DNA of 64,000 bases from Candidatus Collierbacteria bacterium GW2011_GWB2_45_17 (lineage in GTDB: Bacteria; Patescibacteriota; Microgenomatia; UBA1400; MFAQ01), in NCBI GenBank assembly GCA_001001485.1, contig LCKO01000001.1, forward strand, positions 9,381-73,380, read 5' to 3'. Positions 57,630 through 64,000 of this stretch are shown here, in pieces. Position 1 is the stretch's first letter, and each line of letters begins with the position of its first letter. A model generated the notes under the pieces. It ran no database searches. It had not been told where the DNA came from and saw nothing but the letters and a program-made list of their open reading frames with translations. Position numbers and translations under genes: made by a program.

Positions 57630-58557
57630 TTTATTAACAATTAGTCACAAAAAAATGTTAGAACCAAACTTCAAAATCACCCTTAAGGACAAAGAGATAA
57701 ACTCTGCCGAGGTCATTATCGAACCGCTTCCCCAAAACTTTGGTCACACCATGGGCAATGCTCTTCGTCGTGTTTTATTAACCTCTCTTGAAGGCGGTGC
57801 CGCCGTGAGAGTCAAAATTGACGGCGTTTCTCACCAGTTTTCTACCCTCACAGGTCTCAAAGAAGATATCCTCGAGTTTGTTCTCAATCTTAAGACTTTA
57901 AACTTTTTTGTCGATTCCGACGAACCGGTCGACATCAAGCTCAAAGCCACCGGAATCAAAGTCGTTAAAGCCTCCGATCTTGATTTGCCCTCAAACGTCA
58001 CCATTGCTAACTCCGGTACCGTTCTGGCGAACCTTACCTCTCCAAAATCAAAACTGTCTGCCGTGATTACCGTTTCTAGAGGCATGGGCTATGTCGGTTC
58101 CGAGGACAACGCCACCAACGAAATAGGTGTAATCCCCTTGGATGCCTCTTTTTCTCCGGTTATCAAAGCCAACTACACCGTCGAAGCCGCCCGTGTCGGG
58201 CGTTCCAGTAACTACGATAAAGTTCGCTTGAGTCTCACGACCGATGGTACCATTACCCCTGAAGAAGCAGTCAGAAGCGCCGCTCGAATCCTCACCGGTT
58301 TCTATGACTACGTTAACTCAGCCGAGGCTTATGTGATCGAGAAGAAGTCTTCTCACGAAGCCACTACCGCCGGCTTCGTCGACGACCTCGACCTTCCCAC
58401 TCGTGTTTTAAACGCCCTAAAAAAGGCTGGCTTTAACAAACTAGCCGATCTCAAAACTCTCACTCTCGCCGACTTAAGGAAAGTTAAAAATCTAGGCGAA
58501 AAATCAGCCATACAAGTGGTTGAAAAAGCCGGGGAAAAAGGTATCGACATTATCTAA
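57610..58557 (+). CDS. rpoA: DNA-directed RNA polymerase alpha subunit
   Basis: Alpha N-terminal domain and C-terminal domain; 315 aa. Confidence 0.9.
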   Translation: MSSTQDNLLTISHKKMLEPNFKITLKDKEINSAEVIIEPLPQNFGHTMGNALRRVLLTSLEGGAAVRVKIDGVSHQFSTLTGLKEDILEFVLNLKTLNFFVDSDEPVDIKLKATGIKVVKASDLDLPSNVTIANSGTVLANLTSPKSKLSAVITVSRGMGYVGSEDNATNEIGVIPLDASFSPVIKANYTVEAARVGRSSNYDKVRLSLTTDGTITPEEAVRSAARILTGFYDYVNSAEAYVIEKKSSHEATTAGFVDDLDLPTRVLNALKKAGFNKLADLKTLTLADLRKVKNLGEKSAIQVVEKAGEKGIDII

Positions 58558-58563
58558 CACAAC

Positions 58564-58977
58564 ATGGGACGCCGACATCACTCAAAACTAGCCAAACTCA
58601 ACCGCAGTACCAAGGAGAGAAAGTCTCTCTTCAAGATACAGCTCCGTCAGCTCATCGAACTTGGCAAAATCACTACTACTGTGGCAAAAGCCAAAGTGAT
58701 CAAACGTCTTTTTGACAAGTTGGCGGCCAAAGCCACCGACGGTACCCTGGCCGTGAGACGCAATATCGCGGCCCAGCTCAGTAGCCCCAAGACTGCCAAC
58801 AGACTGGTTGATTTCATTATTCCCATCATGGGTGGCCGACGTAGTGGCTTCACCAGTATCCAAAAGGTGGGTATCCGCAAAGGCGACTCCACTCTGACTG
58901 CCTCCTTAACTCTAGTGGTTCCTCTTCCCCCAGAGCCGGAAAAGATTAAGAAAGTCATTAAAGCAAAAACCAAATGA
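58564..58977 (+). CDS. rplQ: 50S ribosomal protein L17
   Basis: L17 signature. Confidence 0.85.
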   Translation: MGRRHHSKLAKLNRSTKERKSLFKIQLRQLIELGKITTTVAKAKVIKRLFDKLAAKATDGTLAVRRNIAAQLSSPKTANRLVDFIIPIMGGRRSGFTSIQKVGIRKGDSTLTASLTLVVPLPPEPEKIKKVIKAKTK

Positions 58978-59423
58978 ACACTACTACCCTCAAATTCTCT
59001 GACGTGAAACACAATTGGCACTTAGTTGATATAGATGGTCAAATTCTCGGCCGGGTAGCCGTTCAAATTGCTAAACTTCTCACCGGCAAAGGTAAGGCTC
59101 TGACCGGCGATCATCTCGATAACGGTGATTTTGTCGTCGCCATTAATGCAGCCAAGTTCAAAGTCACCGGCAAAAAGATGGCCGATAAAATGTATTATTC
59201 TCACTCCGGCTTCCCAGGTGGTTTCAAAGAGATCACTCTGGCCCAGCTCGCTGAAAAGGACGCTCGAAGGGTCATCGAAAAGGCCGTTAAGGGAATGCTC
59301 CCGAAGAACAAACTCCAGCAAACTCGCCTCAGGCGCCTTAAACTTTATCTCGACGACAAACATCCCTATGCTGTCGAACTAGGACTCAAAACTAAGAACC
59401 AAGAACTAACAACTAAGAACTAA
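58974..59423 (+). CDS. rplM: 50S ribosomal protein L13; its C-terminal KTKNQELTTKN is encoded by an AACTAAGAAC tract
   Basis: L13 signature. Confidence 0.85.
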   Translation: MNTTTLKFSDVKHNWHLVDIDGQILGRVAVQIAKLLTGKGKALTGDHLDNGDFVVAINAAKFKVTGKKMADKMYYSHSGFPGGFKEITLAQLAEKDARRVIEKAVKGMLPKNKLQQTRLRRLKLYLDDKHPYAVELGLKTKNQELTTKN

Positions 59424-59426
59424 TAT

Positions 59427-59903
59427 ATGGCTCAAAAACTATCCAAAAAATCCAAAATCGCTATCAAACCGGTAAAAACAGTTCCCGTTAAAAAAGGTAC
59501 TCTCACCATGCCCAAAGAATTCTTTTCCGCCGTCGGTCGTCGCAAAACCGCCATCGCTCGTGTTCGTCTCTGGTCCGGTAAGCAAGAATTAACTGTCAAC
59601 GGCAAACCCATCTCCGAGTATTTCAAAGGAGAGTCTTTCAAAAGAATCTATCAATCACCATTCTTGGTGACCGACACTCTTAGTCAATTCACCGGTAGTA
59701 TCAAAGTAGTGGGCAGCGGGCTTATGGGTCAAGTAGGTGCTTTGGTACACGGTTTGTCCCGCACTCTGGTCAAGATTGACGAAGCCCACAAATTACCTCT
59801 CCGGGAAAAAGGTTTCATCACTCGAGATCCCCGTATGAAAGAGACTCGAAAAGCCGGTCAGGGTGGCCGAGCTCGCGCCAAGAAGCAATCCCCCAAACGT
59901 TAA
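59427..59903 (+). CDS. rpsI: 30S ribosomal protein S9
   Basis: S9 signature, C-terminal ...KKQSPKR. Confidence 0.9.
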   Translation: MAQKLSKKSKIAIKPVKTVPVKKGTLTMPKEFFSAVGRRKTAIARVRLWSGKQELTVNGKPISEYFKGESFKRIYQSPFLVTDTLSQFTGSIKVVGSGLMGQVGALVHGLSRTLVKIDEAHKLPLREKGFITRDPRMKETRKAGQGGRARAKKQSPKR

Positions 59904-59911
59904 ATTATCCT

Positions 59912-60020
59912 GTAGGGGCTGGGTTCACCCTGCCCGTACGTGTGTCATTGCGAATCTCGTACTCGAGCTGTGGCAATCTCACCCCACTGTCATCCCGGAC
60001 TTGATCCGGGATCCATCCCC
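59912..60020. repeat. Hairpin repeat cluster: GTAGGGGC...GCCCGTAC, GTCATTGCGAATCTCGTACTCGAGCTGTGGCAATC and GTCATCCCGGACTTGATCCGGGATCCATCCCC
   Basis: Same families as the 16813 cluster. Confidence 0.6.
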
Positions 60021-60057
60021 TGTTACAATACCCCATAACCCATTTAGGAGGCGCACC

Positions 60058-60462
60058 TTGGACATCGTAATTGAAGTAAAAAATGTCGGCCAAAATTTTA
60101 AACCAGAACAGGTTTCTCTTAAGTATTTGTTGACTGACGTTCTCAAGTTCTTTGAGCAGGCAGTCTATCCGATAAAACTTGACGGTAAGGTACGCGCAAT
60201 CTTTATTCCCGCCAAGAAACTTGAGTTCAATCCAGAAACCGGAACAATGATTCCCGCCGAACGGGTTGAGGTCATTATCAAATATGAATACGTCAAGGGT
60301 GGTGCCCAGCCACCAATGATCAGTGATTTTCATGACAGTGCCATAGAGATTGTCAAAGACGTAATGTTATTTTTAGATCACACCAACAACAGTGACCTGT
60401 TTCTTCCAGCCATCCATATCGTCGTGAGTTTGTCCAGCCCTCAGTACTTTGTTCGAATATAA
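60058..60462 (+). CDS. Hypothetical protein (TTG start 7 nt after AGGAGG)
   Basis: 135 aa from the TTG; the upstream part of the ORF-track ORF 59863-60462 translates the repeat cluster. Confidence 0.4.
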   Translation: MDIVIEVKNVGQNFKPEQVSLKYLLTDVLKFFEQAVYPIKLDGKVRAIFIPAKKLEFNPETGTMIPAERVEVIIKYEYVKGGAQPPMISDFHDSAIEIVKDVMLFLDHTNNSDLFLPAIHIVVSLSSPQYFVRI

Positions 60463-60465
60463 CCA

Positions 60466-60490
60466 CCACCCCTCGCAAGAGGGGCTTTTA
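60466..60490 (+). terminator. Intrinsic terminator CACCCCTCGCAAGAGGGGCTTTT
   Basis: 6-bp GC stem, GCAA loop, T-tract. Confidence 0.6.
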
Positions 60491-60510
60491 GTATAAAATG
60501 GGTGTAAATT

Positions 60511-61329
60511 ATGACAAACGAATCGATAGTTATTTTTGAAAGTATAAAAAGGGTTAACGATGACAACAACGAGTTTTGGACGGCTCGAGCAATGGCTCGC
60601 GAGCTTGGTTATTCTGAATACCGTCATTTTTTACCAGTCATAGAAAAGGCGAAGCTTTCATGTAAAAATAGCGGTCAATCAATCAAAGATCATTTCGAGG
60701 ACTTCCTCGACATGATCGAACTTGGTAAAACAGCATCAAGAGAAATGTTAGACATTAAACTTTCCAGATATGCTTGTTATCTCATCATGCAAAATGCTGA
60801 TCCCTCAAAAGAGATCGTTGCCCTAGGGCAAACCTATTTTGCTATCCAAGCCAGAAAACAAGAGGTCCAAGAGCAGATTGTAGAAGACATAAAGAGAGTC
60901 GATCTCAGGGGAGAAATATCAATTCACAACAAACATCTCGCCGAAGCGGCCAGTATGGCCGGAGTGAGAAACTACGGATTGTTTACCAATTATGGCTATA
61001 GGGGTTTGTATGGTGGTAGGACGATGCAGGATATACAAAGGGTTAAAGGACTAAAGAAATCTCAGCAAATTCTTGACCATATGGGCAGTGAAGAACTAGC
61101 GGCAAATTTATTTAGAGCCACTCAAACAGATGCCAAAATCCGGCGTGAGAACATCCAAGGAGAAGCAAGGGCAAACGAAGCTCATCTTCAGGTAGGAAAA
61201 AAAGTCAGACAGACAATAAAAGATATTGGTGGTACCATGCCGGAAATCCTACCAGTCTCAGATGCAATAAATAAAGCCAAGACCAGAATAAAAAGAGGAG
61301 GAATCTCGTTGATAGAGGTAAAACCATGA
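60511..61329 (+). CDS. DNA-damage-inducible protein D (DinD)-like protein
   Basis: LSRYACYLIMQNADP, LGQTYFAIQARKQE, GYRGLYGG, KGLKKSQQILDHMGSEELAANLFRATQTDAKI match the DinD family. Confidence 0.6.
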   Translation: MTNESIVIFESIKRVNDDNNEFWTARAMARELGYSEYRHFLPVIEKAKLSCKNSGQSIKDHFEDFLDMIELGKTASREMLDIKLSRYACYLIMQNADPSKEIVALGQTYFAIQARKQEVQEQIVEDIKRVDLRGEISIHNKHLAEAASMAGVRNYGLFTNYGYRGLYGGRTMQDIQRVKGLKKSQQILDHMGSEELAANLFRATQTDAKIRRENIQGEARANEAHLQVGKKVRQTIKDIGGTMPEILPVSDAINKAKTRIKRGGISLIEVKP

Positions 61330-62279
61330 AAATTTCCTGGCTCATTTTTTTATTCCTCATTATATTTTTGTCTCCCCTCCTCTTTAGTCAAAAAAATCCT
61401 TCTTCTGTCATCTCCGAAGGTGTTCTTGAGCAACCATCTGTCATCCGAGATCTAAAATCTGAGAACTCTGTTTTTACCCTCCTCTTCGGAGGAGATGTCA
61501 TGCTCGGCCGTTCGGTCAATACGAGAATTATCAAGTATGCCGATTTTTCCTGGCCTTTCCGAAAAATAACCTCTCTGTTTTCGGAGGCGGATTTAACTAT
61601 GGTCAATCTCGAATCTCCCTTTCAAACCGGATGCAAGCCGACTGATAAAGGTATGATTTTTTGCGCCGATCCCCGCTCGGTTGAGGGCTTAACCACTGCC
61701 GGCATTGATATCGTCAATCTGGCCAACAATCACATCAATAATCAGGGCCAGGAGGGGATCGACGAAACGATCAATATTTTAAATAAGAATAATATTGCTT
61801 ATGTAGGGGCGAGGCGTGACTCGTCCGTCGTTTTCAACATCAAAAATACCAAAATTGCCTTCCTGGGATTCACCGATATCGCTTCCGGTTCCAAAGATGT
61901 TTCTACTGCCTCACCGGACAGCATTAAGTCCCAAATTTCTGAGGCCAAAAAATCAGCCGACCTAGTCATTACCACTTTTCACTGGGGCAATGAGTATAGT
62001 CAGCGTTCTCTTCATCAGGTAGAGTTGGCTCACTTGGCGATCAATTCCGGCGCCGATGTGGTGATCGGACATCATCCTCATTGGGTGCAGGAAACCGAAG
62101 AATATAAAGGTAAACCCATCTACTACTCCTTAGGAAATTTAGTCTTCGATCAGATGTGGTCCGAAGAAACCCGAAAGGGCTTGGTTGTTAGCCTTATCTT
62201 CTCAGGTAATCAATTGGTAAATAAAGAAGAAATCCCCATAAAGATTTTTGATTACGGTCAGCCAAACTTGGTAAATTAA
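61326..62279 (+). CDS. CapA/PgsA-family metallophosphatase (poly-gamma-glutamate-synthesis-like)
   Basis: Signal/TM start, FGGDVMLGR, NLE, GHHPHW motifs. Confidence 0.65.
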   Translation: MKISWLIFLFLIIFLSPLLFSQKNPSSVISEGVLEQPSVIRDLKSENSVFTLLFGGDVMLGRSVNTRIIKYADFSWPFRKITSLFSEADLTMVNLESPFQTGCKPTDKGMIFCADPRSVEGLTTAGIDIVNLANNHINNQGQEGIDETINILNKNNIAYVGARRDSSVVFNIKNTKIAFLGFTDIASGSKDVSTASPDSIKSQISEAKKSADLVITTFHWGNEYSQRSLHQVELAHLAINSGADVVIGHHPHWVQETEEYKGKPIYYSLGNLVFDQMWSEETRKGLVVSLIFSGNQLVNKEEIPIKIFDYGQPNLVN

Positions 62280-62350
62280 ATTAAAATAAATCCAAACAAT
62301 ATAGATAGAACTAGACGTACGGATAAAAATTGATATATCAACCTATATTG

Positions 62351-62422
62351 TCGGGGCACCCGGAATTGAACCGAGATCATGTCGACCCCATCGACACATA
62401 CTAGCCGTTATACTATGCCCCG
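62351..62422 (-). tRNA. tRNA-Pro (anticodon GGG)
   Basis: Manual fold of the reverse complement: acceptor CGGGGCA/TGCCCCG with discriminator A (C1-G72 and A73 are typical of bacterial tRNA-Pro); D-loop AACGGCTA; anticodon stem TGTCG/CGACA with loop ATGGGGT (U33, anticodon GGG, G37); T-arm CTCGG-TTCAATT-CCGGG; no encoded CCA. Confidence 0.7.
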
Positions 62423-62479
62423 AAGAATATATTCTACCATGTACTTGACATTTCGGGTTATATTTGTATAAATTAATAT

Positions 62480-63343
62480 ATGTATGAGATCGAAGTAATC
62501 TGTGACCACTGTAAAAAAGAATTTGAGAGACCATTAGGGAGATTCAACGAAGCCGTGAAGTTTGGCTGGAAACAATTTTGTTCGGCAGAATGCCAATCAA
62601 AATCAAAGTCTAAAAAGATATCAAAAATCTGTGATAATCCAGTGTGCCATAAATCAATATTGGCTAAGAAAACAACCAGCTATACATACTGTTCGAGAAA
62701 TTGTAGCGCAACTCACAACAATTTATTGAGGTTAAAACCATTTGTTTTGGAAAAGTGTGCCAATAAAAACTGTAACAATTTTCTCAGAAATCACGAATGT
62801 AAGTATTGTTCTAGAGATTGTGTCAATAAGTCCAAAAAAGGTCTGTCTTCGTATTCAAAAGAAAAACTAATACAAATTATTCAAAAGTTTCAACTAGATA
62901 ATGGAAGAATTCCTACCAAAGCAGAACTAGGATATCTCAATAGACCTGCAAGAAACATTTTTGGTTCTTGGAACAAAGCTGTTAAAGCTGCCGGCTTCAT
63001 ACCCAACAAAGTCATTTTTTCTAAAAAGTTTACAGCCAACGATGGTCATATCTGTGATTCTTTGTCAGAAAAAATCGTCGACGATTGGTTATCCGCTAGA
63101 AGCATAAAGCATGAAGTTCACATTAGGTATCCCTGGAAAAACGGTATGTCCGCAGACTTCAAGATTGGTAAATATTGGGTAGAGTTATTTGGTCTTACAG
63201 GTCAACTTAAAAAGTACGATAGCTTAATGAGAACAAAGTTAGAATTAATCAAACAATATAATCTCAAGCTAATCAGTTTGTACTTATCAGACATTTTTCC
63301 CGTTAACCATCTTGATAAAAAATTATCCCTATTGCGAAAATAA
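62480..63343 (+). CDS. Zinc-ribbon-repeat protein with a homing-endonuclease-associated-repeat-like segment and a C-terminal DUF559-like nuclease domain; paralog of 29023-29871
   Basis: Three CxxC...(F/Y)CSxxC repeats as in 29023-29871; GRIPTKAELGYLNRPARNIFGSWNKAVKAAGF; the C-terminal ADFKIGKYWVELFGL...QYNLKLISLYLSDI aligns with the DUF559 block of the paralog. Confidence 0.5.
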   Translation: MYEIEVICDHCKKEFERPLGRFNEAVKFGWKQFCSAECQSKSKSKKISKICDNPVCHKSILAKKTTSYTYCSRNCSATHNNLLRLKPFVLEKCANKNCNNFLRNHECKYCSRDCVNKSKKGLSSYSKEKLIQIIQKFQLDNGRIPTKAELGYLNRPARNIFGSWNKAVKAAGFIPNKVIFSKKFTANDGHICDSLSEKIVDDWLSARSIKHEVHIRYPWKNGMSADFKIGKYWVELFGLTGQLKKYDSLMRTKLELIKQYNLKLISLYLSDIFPVNHLDKKLSLLRK

Positions 63344-63367
63344 CCCCAATAGTTATAATGATTTTAA

Positions 63368-64000
63368 ATGCTAAAGAAAATCAAAAAAACCAAAGAGGAG
63401 AAAATCGTTGCTAAACCGGTAGATAACAGCGCTCGTCTCACCGCCGTCAAGATCGCCATGCAACAAATCACTAAACAGTTCGGTGAAGGAGCCATCATGC
63501 ACATGGGCTCGGATCGTGTCGGCGAAAAAATTCCGGTCATTTCTTCCGGTTCAATTGGTTTGGACATTGCTCTGGGGGTAGGTGGTTTTCCCAAGGGGAG
63601 AATTGTCGAAATCTACGGCCCGGAGGCTTCCGGTAAGACTACCGTTGCTCTCCACGCTATTGCCGAAGCTCAAAAAGCCGGTGGTATAGCCGCCTTTATA
63701 GACGCAGAGCACGCTGTTGATCCTTCCCGCGCCAAATCCATCGGAGTTGATCTGGACAGCTTACTTCTTTCTCAGCCGGACAACGGTGAACAGGCCTTAG
63801 AAATTGCCGAAACTCTCATCCGCTCCGGCGGTGTGGATGTTGTGGTTATCGATTCGGTCGCCGCCTTGGTTCCCAAGTCCGAGATCGAAGGTGAAATGGG
63901 GGACGCGTCTATGGGTATGCAAGCCAGGTTAATGAGCCAGGCTCTACGTAAGATTACCGGCGCCATCTCCAAGAGCAAGTGTATTGTCATCTTTACCAAT
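63368..64000 (+). CDS. recA: Recombinase RecA (5' part; runs off the window end)
   Basis: GPEASGKTT Walker [16 protein letters not shown] motifs. Confidence 0.9.
   Translation, partial: MLKKIKKTKEEKIVAKPVDNSARLTAVKIAMQQITKQFGEGAIMHMGSDRVGEKIPVISSGSIGLDIALGVGGFPKGRIVEIYGPEASGKTTVALHAIAEAQKAGGIAAFIDAEHAVDPSRAKSIGVDLDSLLLSQPDNGEQALEIAETLIRSGGVDVVVIDSVAALVPKSEIEGEMGDASMGMQARLMSQALRKITGAISKSKCIVIFTN

Noticed and set aside
1-64000. Integrase, transposase or complete prophage associated with the insertions
   Set aside because: No ORF in the window shows tyrosine/serine recombinase, DDE transposase or phage structural signatures. The only mobility-like candidates are the hairpin repeats and the two DUF559 nuclease genes

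Overview
This window looks like a streamlined, CPR/Patescibacteria-like bacterial chromosome segment. The inference rests on three observations: host genes lack Shine-Dalgarno (SD) motifs, rpmD (L30) is missing between rpsE and rplO, and the window also carries a sortase and many small proteins. The right half is the conserved rpoB-rpoC / str / S10 / spc / alpha ribosomal superoperon: rpsL, rpsG, fusA, tuf, rpsJ through rplO, secY, adk, map, infA, rpmJ, rpsM, rpsK, rpsD, rpoA, rplQ, rplM and rpsI, followed by a tRNA-Pro and the start of recA. The left half carries housekeeping genes (RNase J, FtsK, RodZ-like, AlaRS, sortase, RuvX, MltG) mixed with accessory genes: RelE/ParE-, HigBA-, BrnTA- and VapBC-like toxin-antitoxin (TA) pairs, two Nudix and two HAD hydrolases, an AAA+-only Lon fragment and an ATP-grasp-like protein.

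The superoperon is interrupted at least five times by accessory insertions:
- rpsG|fusA: a zinc-ribbon + DUF559 endonuclease, a radical SAM / PLP-enzyme pair, a high-GC MttB-family methyltransferase and a HigBA pair.
- rplO|secY: a seven-gene cassette-like island carrying its own -10 boxes and intrinsic terminators, four of whose genes also have GGAGG SD motifs, ending in a VapBC-like pair.
- secY|adk: a KilA-N protein.
- map|infA: a small TIR-like protein plus BrnTA.
- rpsI|recA: an SD-bearing unknown gene, a DinD-like protein, CapA, tRNA-Pro and a second zinc-ribbon/DUF559 endonuclease-like gene.

A family of GTCAT-initiated hairpin (MITE-like) repeats is scattered through intergenic regions. 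Copies are inserted in-frame into rplV and rplR and abut the truncation point of lon. The 3' end of rnj is triplicated, flanking two inserted cassettes that each carry a copy of the same promoter-like sequence. All coordinates that are not taken from the ORF track are approximate to within about 2 nt.
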